A stretch of DNA of 64,000 bases from Gemmatimonadota bacterium (GTDB taxonomy: Bacteria; Gemmatimonadota; Gemmatimonadetes; Gemmatimonadales; GWC2-71-9). Below, piece after piece: positions 25,973 through 35,202 of the stretch. Numbering within the stretch: the stretch's first letter is position 1; each line of letters starts with the position of its first letter. The stretch lies in the NCBI GenBank assembly GCA_003222055.1, contig QHUT01000054.1, forward strand, positions 15,022 to 79,021. The letters are read 5' to 3'. A program made the translations under genes and the position numbers. Under the pieces are notes generated by a model that was not told the origin of the DNA, searched no databases, and saw only the letters and a list, made by a program, of their open reading frames with translations.

Positions 25973-26860
25973 CTACCGCGTGACTTGAGCCTGGGGTTGC
26001 GGCCTGAGTGCGGGGGGCACGGCCACGGTCGTGGGCTCGGGCAAGCGCAGCCGTTGCATCAGCCACACCCCCGCCGCGACGAGCAGCAGGCTGGTCACCT
26101 GTGCCAGCGTGAACGGTCCCAGCAGCCGATCGTCCTTGGCGCGCACGATCTCGACCAGGAAGCGCTCCGTCCCTGCCAGGACGAGATAGACGCCGAACCG
26201 CCAGCCCGTCCCGTGCCGGTGGTCACGCCAACGCCATAACAGGGCAAACGCCAGCAGCATCAGCGTCGTCTCGTAGATCTGCGTCGGGTGCACCGCCACG
26301 ATCTGCATGGGATCGGTACCGGGGGGAAAGCGCACGTGCATGTTGCTCAGCTCGGCCACCGTGGTGGGTGGGAGGCCGCGGGGGAACTTCATCGCCCAGG
26401 GCAAGCTCGACGGGATGCCGTAGTCGTCGTTGACGAGGAAGCACCCGACCCGCCCCAGCCCGTAGCCGAGGGCGAGGGGGGCAGCGGTGAGTTCCATGGT
26501 CCAGCGGGCGGGCACGCGCTTCCACCACCCGGTCGCCAGCACGGCCGCCACGCCGCCGAGAAAGCCCCCGTACCAAACGAACCCGCCGCGCCGCAGCAGC
26601 GCTTCCCATTCGCCCGTCAGCAACACGTACCAGATCTTCGCTCCCACGATGCCGCCGAGCACGGCGGCGAACACGATGTCGGCCGCGTACTCCTCGGCCA
26701 TCCCGCGGCGCCGCAGGTCGATCTGGATCGCCCACCCGGCCATAAGGAAGGCGACCATCATCATCAGCCCGTATCCCGTGACCTGCAGCGGACCGAGGTG
26801 GATGAACAGGAGGTCGATCCGGGGCAGCGGGATCGTGAAGCCGAAGGGATAAATCGTCAT
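25973..26860 (-). CDS. lgt: Prolipoprotein diacylglyceryl transferase
   Basis: The C-terminal 295 aa of track ORF 25973..27877: MTIYPFGFTIPLPRIDLL...GRVGCFLVNDDYG...HPTQIYE. ATGA overlap with the tsaD stop. Confidence 0.9.
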   Translation of the reverse strand: MTIYPFGFTIPLPRIDLLFIHLGPLQVTGYGLMMMVAFLMAGWAIQIDLRRRGMAEEYAADIVFAAVLGGIVGAKIWYVLLTGEWEALLRRGGFVWYGGFLGGVAAVLATGWWKRVPARWTMELTAAPLALGYGLGRVGCFLVNDDYGIPSSLPWAMKFPRGLPPTTVAELSNMHVRFPPGTDPMQIVAVHPTQIYETTLMLLAFALLWRWRDHRHGTGWRFGVYLVLAGTERFLVEIVRAKDDRLLGPFTLAQVTSLLLVAAGVWLMQRLRLPEPTTVAVPPALRPQPQAQVTR

Positions 26861-27909
26861 GGGTGGGCCGCGCCGAGGGTGGTGGGTGCCGGCTCCAGGC
26901 CGGGCAGCGGGAGGTCCGCACGGGCGTCCAGGGTCCAGTCGCTGCGCTCGCCCAGGCCGAGACGGTACCAACCCGCGCGGGCGATCATGGCGGCGTTGTC
27001 GGCGTTCAGGCGTGGGCTCGCAACGGCCACGCGGGCCAGCCCTCCGTCCGAGAGCCGCCGGGCGGCGAGGCCGGCAAGCGCCCGGCTGCACGCCACACCG
27101 CCGCCCAGCACGGCGGTGCGGTGGCCTGTCGCGCGGATCGCACGCTCGAGCTTGGTGATCAGCACGTCGAGCACCGCGTCCTGGAAGGCGCGGGCCAGAT
27201 GCGGACGGTCGCGCTCGAGATCGTCGCTCGAGCGCACCGCGCGCAGCACCGCGGTCTTCAGTCCGGAGAACGAGAACTCGTAGCCTTCGTCCCGCATGGG
27301 ACGCGGAAACGAGAAGCGGGTCGGATCGCCCTGAGGCGCGAGCCGCTCGATGGCCGGGCCGCCCGGGTACCCCAGGCCCAAGAGCGTCGCCACTTTGTCG
27401 AACGCCTCGCCGGCCGCGTCGTCGCGGGTCGCGCCCAGCAGGCGGTAACGCCCCCAGGCGGGAACGTCGAGCAGCAGCGTGTGACCCCCCGACACGAGCA
27501 GCGCGACGAACGGCGGTGCCAAGTCCGGATCCTCCACGAGCGGGGCGAAGAGATGCCCTTCCATGTGATGGACGCCGATCAGCTCGCGGTCGCCGGCGTA
27601 GGCCAACGCCTTGGCGTAGACGACGCCGACGAGCAGCGCGCCGACGAGCCCCGGGCCCTGCGTCACGGCGACGGCGTCCACCGCGCTCCAGCCGATGCCG
27701 GCCTCGGCGAGCGCCCGGTCCACGACCGCCGGCAACGCCGCCAGATGCGCCCGGCTCGCGAGCTCCGGCACGACGCCTCCGAACACTCGGTGCACGTCCT
27801 GCGACAGGATCACGAGCCCGGCGAGCTCGGGACGTCGGCGCTCGCCCACCAGCACCGCGGCCGAGGTCTCGTCGCACGACGTCTCGATCCCGAGGACGAC
27901 GTCAGCCAC
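26857..27909 (-). CDS. tsaD: tRNA N6-adenosine threonylcarbamoyltransferase
   Basis: VLGIETSCDETSAAV, HHMEGH and LLVSGGHT. The start is taken as GTG 27909, just before the conserved N-terminus. Confidence 0.9.
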   Translation of the reverse strand: MADVVLGIETSCDETSAAVLVGERRRPELAGLVILSQDVHRVFGGVVPELASRAHLAALPAVVDRALAEAGIGWSAVDAVAVTQGPGLVGALLVGVVYAKALAYAGDRELIGVHHMEGHLFAPLVEDPDLAPPFVALLVSGGHTLLLDVPAWGRYRLLGATRDDAAGEAFDKVATLLGLGYPGGPAIERLAPQGDPTRFSFPRPMRDEGYEFSFSGLKTAVLRAVRSSDDLERDRPHLARAFQDAVLDVLITKLERAIRATGHRTAVLGGGVACSRALAGLAARRLSDGGLARVAVASPRLNADNAAMIARAGWYRLGLGERSDWTLDARADLPLPGLEPAPTTLGAAHP

Positions 27910-28837
27910 GTCCGGTCTTGCGTCTGAGGGAGACGGAGTCGGGCACGGCGTGTGCGACGATTCCGGGAGGGGCGTTGACCGTGAGGCGGGCATAGCCGCC
28001 CGGGCCGGCCTTGCCCACGAGGTGCGCCACCACCCGCACGCTGTCGCGTGTCAGTGTGTTCACCTTCGATTCGGGGCCCCGCACGGTCACCGCCACCCGC
28101 TCCACCGACAGCAGGAACCCCGTGAAGCCCGACGCCGCCGCGGTGATCGGGACGCCCGAGAGCGAGCGCTCGACGATCGCCGCGACTTCGCCCGCCATGC
28201 GCACCTCTTTGGGAACGATGCGCACGATGCCGAGCGGGGCCGTATCGAGCGGGACGGTGCGGAAGAAGGGGCCGTTCACGCTCGAGATGACGGTCGGCAG
28301 GGTGGTCACGGAGTCGATCAGCGCCAGGCTCTTCTCCGGGCCGATGACGCGCGCCATGCTCGGCGTGATGGACAGCCCTCGCATCACGTACCCCGACTCG
28401 GCCTCGACCCGCACCCGCGCCACGATCCGAACCTCCTTGTGCACCACCGAATCCAGCATCACCTCGACGTCGCGCGGGCGGATGTCGGCGACCTGGACGT
28501 CGCTCCCCTTGGGGAGCTCGACATCGGTCGGCTGCAGCTGTACGCGCCACGCCGCCGCCGAGAAGGTGTCGGGGATGACCTTGCGGATCACGCGTGGGAA
28601 GGTGCGGAGCTTGAGGATCTCGCTGCCCTTTCCGGTAATGACCACGGTCACGCCCGCGGGTTGCTGGCGTACGGTGCGTCCGGGCGGGACGACGACGGCG
28701 AGCCGCATGGCGAAGCTCTGCGCCAGCGGCTGCTGCGCCGCGACCGCCACGTACAACATGGCGGCGAAGAAGCCGGCCGCCAGCTTGATCGGCCAGTTGC
28801 GCACCAGCAGCTGCCCCACGCTAGCGCGAACGCTCAT
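27902..28837 (-). CDS. YbbR-like domain protein (CdaR family), N-terminal TM anchor
   Basis: N-terminal TM segment NWPIKLAAGFFAAMLYVAVAA, followed by repeated beta-rich modules. The family call is by resemblance only. Confidence 0.5.
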   Translation of the reverse strand: MSVRASVGQLLVRNWPIKLAAGFFAAMLYVAVAAQQPLAQSFAMRLAVVVPPGRTVRQQPAGVTVVITGKGSEILKLRTFPRVIRKVIPDTFSAAAWRVQLQPTDVELPKGSDVQVADIRPRDVEVMLDSVVHKEVRIVARVRVEAESGYVMRGLSITPSMARVIGPEKSLALIDSVTTLPTVISSVNGPFFRTVPLDTAPLGIVRIVPKEVRMAGEVAAIVERSLSGVPITAAASGFTGFLLSVERVAVTVRGPESKVNTLTRDSVRVVAHLVGKAGPGGYARLTVNAPPGIVAHAVPDSVSLRRKTGRG

Positions 28838-29363
28838 CCATGAGCCGCCCGATGAGGGTTTCGTTGACCGGGCTGTCCCACTCGGAGGGCCCGATCACCT
28901 TCTTGATGATCACGCCGTCGGGGCTGATGACCCAGGTCTCGGGGACGCCCGTGGCCTGGTACGTTTGCTTCATGGCCCCCGTCTGGTCGTGCAGGATGTC
29001 GAAGCTGAGCCCCAGGTCGCGCGCGAACGCGGCGACGACCGAGTCGCCGTCCTCGTCGATGCTCACCGCCACGACCGTGAAGCCGCCGCCCCCGAGCTTG
29101 CGGGACAGCCGCTCGAGCGATGGCATCTCGACCCGGCACGGCTCGCACCACGTCGCCCAGAGATTCAGCAGCACCACCCGGCCGCGATAGTCCGCGAGCG
29201 TGGCGGGGCGCCCGGTGGCCAGGTTCCGGGCATGGAAATCCGGCGCCCGCGATCCGACGCCGAGCAGGTCGATCTGGGGACGGATCTTCACCGCCAGCGC
29301 GGTCCCGAATAGCAGCGTCATGGCGACGCCGACCGCGAACGCCCGGCGCCGCGCGTCGCTCAT
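28821..29363 (-). CDS. TlpA/ResA-family thiol-disulfide oxidoreductase (thioredoxin fold)
   Basis: GRVVLLNLWATWCEPCRVEMPSL (WCxxC) after a signal anchor. The C-terminal 180 aa of track ORF 28821..29936. Confidence 0.85.
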   Translation of the reverse strand: MSDARRRAFAVGVAMTLLFGTALAVKIRPQIDLLGVGSRAPDFHARNLATGRPATLADYRGRVVLLNLWATWCEPCRVEMPSLERLSRKLGGGGFTVVAVSIDEDGDSVVAAFARDLGLSFDILHDQTGAMKQTYQATGVPETWVISPDGVIIKKVIGPSEWDSPVNETLIGRLMDERSR

Positions 29364-30040
29364 ACCGTCACCAGGCAGCGGCGCTTCAGGTCGCGCACCT
29401 CGCGCGCCGGGTCGGGGCTCGCGAAAATCGCGTTCCCCACGACGAACGTGTCGGCGCCCGCCGCGTGCGCGGTGGCGATGGTCTGCGCGGTGATGCCGCC
29501 GTCCACCTCGAGGAACGCGCCCGACCCGTGCGTCGTGAGCAGCTCGCGCGCGCGGCGGATCTTGTCGTCCGCCGAGGCAAGATACGACTGGCCCCCGAAC
29601 CCCGGGTTCACGGTCATCACGAGCAGCAGATCCAGGTCGGCGATCACCTCTGCGGCGAGCGCGAGCGGCGAGCCGGGGTTGAGCGCCAGTCCCGCGAGCA
29701 TGCCGCGGCTCCGCGCCTCGGCCAGCTGGCGCTGGACGTGCACCGTCGCCTCGGGGTGGAACGTGAACACCGACGCGCCCGCCGCCGCGAAGGGCTCGAG
29801 GTAGCGCTCCGGCTCGACCACCATCAGATGCACGTCGATCGGCTTGTCCGTGAGCCGGCGCAGCGCTTCGATCATGTTGGCACCGAACGTGAGATTCGGC
29901 ACGAACCGTCCGTCCATCACGTCGACGTGCAGCCAATCGGCGCCCGCCTCGAGCACCTGACCCACCTGCTCGGCGAGGCGGGTGAGATCGGCCGCCAAGA
30001 GGCTGGGCGCGATGCGGATGCCGTTCATCCTCTTGATCAT
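29360..30040 (-). CDS. rpe: Ribulose-phosphate 3-epimerase
   Basis: IAPSLLAADLTRLAEQV...DWLHVDVMDGRFVPNLTFG...VMTVNPGFGGQ...EVDGGI. Confidence 0.9.
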   Translation of the reverse strand: MIKRMNGIRIAPSLLAADLTRLAEQVGQVLEAGADWLHVDVMDGRFVPNLTFGANMIEALRRLTDKPIDVHLMVVEPERYLEPFAAAGASVFTFHPEATVHVQRQLAEARSRGMLAGLALNPGSPLALAAEVIADLDLLLVMTVNPGFGGQSYLASADDKIRRARELLTTHGSGAFLEVDGGITAQTIATAHAAGADTFVVGNAIFASPDPAREVRDLKRRCLVTV

Positions 30041-30810
30041 CACGGGCTCCGGGCCACGACGACGTCCACCACGGTGCCGGGGGCGGCCAGCGTACCCGCC
30101 GCCGGCCGCTGCGCGATCACGGTGCCCGGCGTCGCTTCGCCCGAGCGGCGCCGCGTCACGGTACCCAGCGCGAGCCCCTCCTGCTCCAGACGGGTGCGAG
30201 CATCCGCCTGCGACAGGCCGAGCAGGCCCGGCACCGCGATGGTCGGGGCGCCCCGGCTCACCACCACCGTCACCGGCGCCCCCGGGGCCAGGAGCGTCGT
30301 GGCGGCCGGCCGGGTGAGCATCGTCACGCCGGGGGCCGCCGCGGCCTGCACCGACTCCACCTGCGCCACGGTGAGCCCGGCCGCGACGATCAGCTGCTGC
30401 GCCAGCGGTCCATCCAGGCCGGCCACGTGCGGTACCGGAATCTTGGGGGGACCGTCGCTCGACACCAGGGTCACCCGCAGCCCCGCCGGCGCGCTCACGC
30501 CGGCAGGCGGGTCCTGCCAAATGATGCTGCCCTGTGGGGCGCTGGGGTGCGACTCTGAGCCGCCGTCCTGCACCTGCAGCCCCGCCTTGCGGAGCGCGGC
30601 CGAGGCCTCCTGCAGCGACAGACCCAGCACGCGTGGTACGACATCGTGTCCGTGCAGGATGGGGGCGGGAAAGAGAACGAGGTACGCCGTCAGATACCCT
30701 ATCACGATGGCTCCGACGAGGGCGAGTCCCCAACGTCGCGCCCCGGACAGGTCGCCGAAGGCGGGCAGCTTCCATTCCTGCAGCGGCGGGACGTGACGGC
30801 GGAGCTGCAT
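30040..30810 (-). CDS. Membrane-anchored PASTA-domain protein (three PASTA-like repeats, no kinase or PBP domain)
   Basis: One TM segment (WGLALVGAIVIGYLTAYLVLF), then three repeats ~65-70 aa long of the type VPxVxGLsxxxAxxxLxxaGL...V. Confidence 0.7.
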   Translation of the reverse strand: MQLRRHVPPLQEWKLPAFGDLSGARRWGLALVGAIVIGYLTAYLVLFPAPILHGHDVVPRVLGLSLQEASAALRKAGLQVQDGGSESHPSAPQGSIIWQDPPAGVSAPAGLRVTLVSSDGPPKIPVPHVAGLDGPLAQQLIVAAGLTVAQVESVQAAAAPGVTMLTRPAATTLLAPGAPVTVVVSRGAPTIAVPGLLGLSQADARTRLEQEGLALGTVTRRRSGEATPGTVIAQRPAAGTLAAPGTVVDVVVARSP

Positions 30811-32060
30811 CAGCGCGTCCGCGCGAAGCGCGCCGCGTATGCACCGTCGATTCCGTCGCGCTGTGGCAGGGACTGCAGGTCGCCGTCCGGAGTGAGCAGG
30901 GCAGCCGGCACCGCGGCCGGCACGGGCGCGCGCCCGAACTCAGGGTGGCAGGCGAGGAACTCGGTCACGATGTCGTCGTTCTCCTCCGGCTCGAGCGAGC
31001 AGGTACTGTAGACGAGCAGTCCTCCCGCACCGACGAGCGTTGCGGCGGCCGCGAGCAGCGCCCGCTGCCGCCGGGCGGCGTGTACGATCGTGCGCGGCGT
31101 GATCCGCCAGCGGGCGTCCGGATGCCGGGCCATGGTGCCGGTAGCGGAGCACGGGGCGTCCACCAACACGGCGGATGCGGTTCCCGGCGCGAGCGGTGCC
31201 GACAGAAGATCGGCGACCGTCACCCGGATCGCCACTCCCGCCCGTCGCGTCGTCTCGGCCAGCCGGCGCATGCGCTCCGGCCGGGCGTCCCCCGCCACGA
31301 CTCGAGCGCCGCCCCGCTCCAGCATCACGGCCTTGCCGCCCGGCGCGGCACAGGCGTCGTACACGAGCGCTCCCGGGGGGATCGCGGCGTAGCGGCAGAC
31401 GAGGGCGTGGGCGGGGTCCTGGACGATAAAGCCGCCTTCCGAATACCCCGGCAACTGCACGGGAAACGGGAAACGGGAAACGTGGTCGAGGCGTGACACC
31501 CGCAGGCCGGCTCCATGGGGCGCTTCTTCTACACCAAACCCGACCTTCCGGAGCTCGAGCGCGAGCACATCGGCGGACCAACGGGCAGGCTGAAGCGTGA
31601 GATTCGGCTTCGTGTCATTCCAGGCGACCAGCCGGGTTGTGTCGGTCGCCCCAAAGAGGCGCCGCCAGCGCTCGACGAGCCACGACGGGTGCGTGTTCTC
31701 GCCCGTTTCCCGTTTCCGGTTTCCCGTTTCCCGAGCGAGCCTTCGCAGCGCCTGGTTCACATACCTCGCTGCCGCGTCGCCCGCCGCTTCCCGCGCCAGC
31801 TCCACGCTGGTGGCGACCGCCGCGTAGGCCGGCACGCGGGCCAATGCGGCCAGCTGGTAGGCGCCAAGACGGAGGACATCGTGCAGGCGCGGGTCGGCGT
31901 GGCGCAGCCGCAGCCGGCGGTCGAGATCCGCTCGCCCCCGCAGCACGCCGGCGGCGAGCTCATAGGCGAGCCGGCGGTCCCGCCCGGCGAGCGTGGGAAG
32001 CACCCGGTCCCGCGCCGCCTGGAACGTGCCGCCGGAGCGCACCGCCTGGAGGATGTGCAA
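30810..32060 (-). CDS. rsmB: 16S rRNA (cytosine967-C5)-methyltransferase
   Basis: HPSWLVERW, FIVQDPAHALV, DACAAPGGK, DAPCSATGT and YSTCSLEPEEN. It contains two in-frame heptamer arrays (see repeats). Confidence 0.9.
   Translation of the reverse strand: MHILQAVRSGGTFQAARDRVLPTLAGRDRRLAYELAAGVLRGRADLDRRLRLRHADPRLHDVLRLGAYQLAALARVPAYAAVATSVELAREAAGDAAARYVNQALRRLARETGNRKRETGENTHPSWLVERWRRLFGATDTTRLVAWNDTKPNLTLQPARWSADVLALELRKVGFGVEEAPHGAGLRVSRLDHVSRFPFPVQLPGYSEGGFIVQDPAHALVCRYAAIPPGALVYDACAAPGGKAVMLERGGARVVAGDARPERMRRLAETTRRAGVAIRVTVADLLSAPLAPGTASAVLVDAPCSATGTMARHPDARWRITPRTIVHAARRQRALLAAAATLVGAGGLLVYSTCSLEPEENDDIVTEFLACHPEFGRAPVPAAVPAALLTPDGDLQSLPQRDGIDGAYAARFARTR
31459..31482. repeat. (GGGAAAC)x3 heptamer array inside rsmB
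   Basis: ACGGGAAACGGGAAACGGGAAACG. It is translated on the minus strand as SRFPFP. Confidence 0.9.
31702..31733. repeat. (CCCGTTT)x4 heptamer array inside rsmB, inverted partner of 31459..31482
   Basis: CCCGTTTCCCGTTTCCGGTTTCCCGTTTCCCG. It is translated on the minus strand as RETGNRKRETG. Confidence 0.9.
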
Positions 32061-32088
32061 CGCCGCGCGCCGGGCGGCGGTGGCGTCG

Positions 32089-32886
32089 CTAATCCAGCAT
32101 TCCTTCGAGCGGCGACGACGGCACGGCGACCTCGCGCTTGGGCATGCGGCCCGCGAGGTAGGCGGTCCGGCCGGCCTCGACGGCCAGCCGCATCGCGTGC
32201 GCCATGCCCACGGGGTCTCGGGCCGCCGCCAGTGCGGTGTTCATCAGGATTCCGTCCACGCCCTGCTCCATCGTCACGCAGGCATCCGAGGCGGTCCCGA
32301 CGCCGGCGTCCACCACGACCGGCACCGTGAGCCGGTGCTTGATCGTCCGGACCCCGTACGGATTCAGGAGCCCCAGCCCGCTGCCGATCGGCGACGCCAG
32401 CGGCATCACGGCGGCGCACCCCGCGTCCTCGAGACGCAACGCGGTGACGAGATCCTCGTTGGTATAGGCCAGTACTTTGAAGCCGTCCTTGACCAGGGTG
32501 CGCGCTGCGTCCAGCAAACCCTGGACGTCGGGGAGCAGCGTCTCCTGGTCGCCGATCACCTCGAGCTTGACGAACTCGTTGAACCCGGCTTCGCGCGCCA
32601 GGCGGGCGTAGCGCACGGCGTCGTCGGCCGTGAAGCAGCCCGCGGTGTTCGCGAGCAGGACATAGCGGTTCGGATCGAGGTGGTGCAGGATCCCCGTCTC
32701 TTTCGAGCGATCGAGGTCCACGCGGCGCACCGCCACGGTCACGACCTCGGCCCCCGAGGCCTCGATTGCGCGAGCCATCGTTTCATTGTCGCGATACTTG
32801 CCCGTGCCCACCATGAGGCGCGAGTGGAACGTGCGACCGCCCACGACGAACGGCGTGTCCCGGACGGCGTCTACGGCCATGGTCAT
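32089..32886 (-). CDS. thiG: Thiazole synthase
   Basis: FHSRLMVGTGKY...VTVAVRR...LANTAGC...VMPLASPIGSGLG. Confidence 0.9.
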   Translation of the reverse strand: MTMAVDAVRDTPFVVGGRTFHSRLMVGTGKYRDNETMARAIEASGAEVVTVAVRRVDLDRSKETGILHHLDPNRYVLLANTAGCFTADDAVRYARLAREAGFNEFVKLEVIGDQETLLPDVQGLLDAARTLVKDGFKVLAYTNEDLVTALRLEDAGCAAVMPLASPIGSGLGLLNPYGVRTIKHRLTVPVVVDAGVGTASDACVTMEQGVDGILMNTALAAARDPVGMAHAMRLAVEAGRTAYLAGRMPKREVAVPSSPLEGMLD

Positions 32887-32891
32887 GCGTG

Positions 32892-33104
32892 TCAGCCCCC
32901 TCCCACGAAATGCACCAGCTCGATCGCGTCGCCTGCGGCCACGGTCACGTCGCCCAGCCTGGGGCGCCGCACGATCGCGCGGTTGTGCTCGACCACGACG
33001 GCGCGGGGGTCGAGCTCGAGCGCGCGGAGCAGCTCGAGCAGCGTGGCGCCGCGCGCCACCGTTCGGGGCTCCCCGTTCACCATCACGTCGATCGAATCGT
33101 TCAC
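32892..33104 (-). CDS. thiS: Sulfur carrier protein ThiS
   Basis: VNGEPRTV...IELVHFVGGG with a C-terminal GG. GTG 33104 forms a GTGA overlap with the thiE stop. ATG 33083 is an alternative start. Confidence 0.8.
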   Translation of the reverse strand: MNDSIDVMVNGEPRTVARGATLLELLRALELDPRAVVVEHNRAIVRRPRLGDVTVAAGDAIELVHFVGGG

Positions 33105-33733
33105 GACTGCCACTCCTCGAGCATCAGCCGCGCTGCGTCCGCGGGATCGCCTGCATCCCACAGCGCCCGGATCGCGGCGACACCGTAAGCTCCCGCGCCC
33201 CGCACCTCCGCCACCCGCTGGGGCGTCACACCGCCGATCGCGATCACCGGGAGGCCTAGGCCAACAATGGGCCCGAGCCGCGCGAGTCCCAGGGGCTCGC
33301 GGTCGGGATGGGTGGCGGTGCCGTACAGCGGTCCTGCTAAAAGATAGTCAGCTCCGCTGGCGCGCGCGGCTTCCGCCTCGGCCAAGTCGTGCACCGACTT
33401 GCCGATCCACCACCTGGGTTCGAGCCGGCGGGCGTCCTGCGGATCGAGACTCGCCGCTCCGAGCTGAACGCCCGCGGCTCCGACGGCGAGCGCCACGTCG
33501 AGGCGGTCGTTGATAAAGAGTCGGGTAGGCGGATAGACGGCCAGACGGGTAGCGAGTTCGTAGTGCTCTCGTCCCGACAGACCGCGGCCGCGCGCGTGCA
33601 GGGCGAGGCGCTCACCGCCGCCTGCCGCCAGCGCGCGGGCGACATCGTCCATGTCGGGCCTGCGGGCGATGCGCTCATCCGTAATGGCGTGCAGCCGCGG
33701 CAGCGCCCCCCCCTTCTCTCCGGCGCGCGTCAC
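33101..33733 (-). CDS. thiE: Thiamine-phosphate synthase
   Basis: LHAITDE...LHARG...INDRLDVALA...GVQLG...IAIGGV. The start is taken as GTG 33733 (GTGA overlap with the fmt stop). The track ORF starts at 33775. Confidence 0.85.
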   Translation of the reverse strand: MTRAGEKGGALPRLHAITDERIARRPDMDDVARALAAGGGERLALHARGRGLSGREHYELATRLAVYPPTRLFINDRLDVALAVGAAGVQLGAASLDPQDARRLEPRWWIGKSVHDLAEAEAARASGADYLLAGPLYGTATHPDREPLGLARLGPIVGLGLPVIAIGGVTPQRVAEVRGAGAYGVAAIRALWDAGDPADAARLMLEEWQS

Positions 33734-34653
33734 GCGAACCGCTGGCCCGCTCGCACCCCGCGCCCGCGCAGCCATTCCGCGGCGGCCATGCGCGGCTTTC
33801 CGGCCGCCTGGACTTCTTCCACCGCCACCGCGCCTCGGCCCGTCGTGATGCGTAATTCGTCATCCGTCGTCCGGACCTCTCCGGGGGCACCGCGATCCTC
33901 CACGACGCGGGCGCCGAACAGCTTTACCTCGCGACCGTCCAGCTCGGTCCACGCGCCGGGTTTGGGGTCGAGGCCGCGGATCACGCGCGCCACTCGCTCG
34001 GCGGGCTCGTCCCACGGGATCCGCGCCGCCTCACGGGTGAGCTTGGGGGCATAGGTGGCGCGGGAGTGGTCCTGGGGGCGCGGCTCGAGGCCGTCGGTCT
34101 CGAGCAGCGCAAGGGCCTCGACGAGCGCCTGCGCCCCCATTTCCGAGAGGTGCTCGGACAGCTCGCCGCCTGTGGCCTCCGGGTCGACGTGGTGCGGGAT
34201 CTGATGGAGGATCGGGCCTGAGTCGAGTCCCGCGTCCATGAGCATGATCGTGACGCCGGTCTGCTCGAGACCGTTCAAGATGGCCCATTCGACGGGAGCC
34301 GCACCGCGCAACTCGGGGAGGAGCGAAGGGTGGACGTTGATCATGCCGCGGCGCGGGACCGCAAGCAGGTCGGGCTTGAGGATGTGCCCATAGGCGACCA
34401 CGACCCCCACGTCGGGGCTGAGGGCGCGGACCCGGGCGACGAACTCGGGGTCGGAGGGCCGCACGGGCTGGAGCACCGGGATGCCTTCGGCCTCGGCGGC
34501 CCGCTTCACGGGCGGCGGCACGGCGGTCGAGCGCGACCGTCCCTGCGGCTTGTCGGGCTGCGTGACCGCCGCCACGACGTCGAAGCCCTCGCCCAGGAGC
34601 GCCTCGAGCGGCGGGACCGCGAACTCGGGCGTTCCGAAGAAGACGACGCGCAC
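33730..34653 (-). CDS. fmt: Methionyl-tRNA formyltransferase
   Basis: MRVVFFGTPEFAVPPLEAL...NVHPSLLPELRGAAP. Confidence 0.92.
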   Translation of the reverse strand: MRVVFFGTPEFAVPPLEALLGEGFDVVAAVTQPDKPQGRSRSTAVPPPVKRAAEAEGIPVLQPVRPSDPEFVARVRALSPDVGVVVAYGHILKPDLLAVPRRGMINVHPSLLPELRGAAPVEWAILNGLEQTGVTIMLMDAGLDSGPILHQIPHHVDPEATGGELSEHLSEMGAQALVEALALLETDGLEPRPQDHSRATYAPKLTREAARIPWDEPAERVARVIRGLDPKPGAWTELDGREVKLFGARVVEDRGAPGEVRTTDDELRITTGRGAVAVEEVQAAGKPRMAAAEWLRGRGVRAGQRFA

Positions 34654-35202
34654 CTAGAGTTCGCCCGCCGGCTCCGGCGTGACCTCCTTCAGGTAGCCCG
34701 ACTGCCCCTTCCGCGCTTTCTTCCATTTGGCCAACAGCAGGCCGCGCTTCACGGCGCTGAGATGGTCGAGGAACAGCACGCCGTCGAGGTGATCGATCTC
34801 GTGCTGCACGGCCCGCGCCTTGAAGCCCGACAGCTGGGTGCGGTAGGGCCGGCCGTCGCGGTCCAGGGCTTCGAGCGTCATGGTGAGGGCGCGCTCGACA
34901 TCACCGTAGATATCGGGGATGGAGAGACAGCCCTCTTCCGCCGTCTCGCGCTCGTCCGACGCGGTGACGATCCGCGGGTTGACGAGGACCAGGGGTGGGG
35001 GATCGTCCTCGCCGACATCCACCACCGCCACCCGGCGCGCGATCCCCACCTGATTGGCGGCGAGGCCCACGCCCTTGGCCGCCCGCATCGTGTCGAACAG
35101 GTCGTCCACCAGCTGGCGCACCTCGTCGTCGACGGCGGCGACGGGCGCCGCGCGCTGCCGCAGCACTGGCGAGCCGAGCAGGTGGAGCTTGCGGACCGTC
35201 AC
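34654..35202 (-). CDS. def: Peptide deformylase
   Basis: GVGLAANQVG, EGCLSIP and QHEIDHLDG. The start GTG 35202 forms a GTGA overlap with the yajC stop. Confidence 0.92.
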   Translation of the reverse strand: MTVRKLHLLGSPVLRQRAAPVAAVDDEVRQLVDDLFDTMRAAKGVGLAANQVGIARRVAVVDVGEDDPPPLVLVNPRIVTASDERETAEEGCLSIPDIYGDVERALTMTLEALDRDGRPYRTQLSGFKARAVQHEIDHLDGVLFLDHLSAVKRGLLLAKWKKARKGQSGYLKEVTPEPAGEL

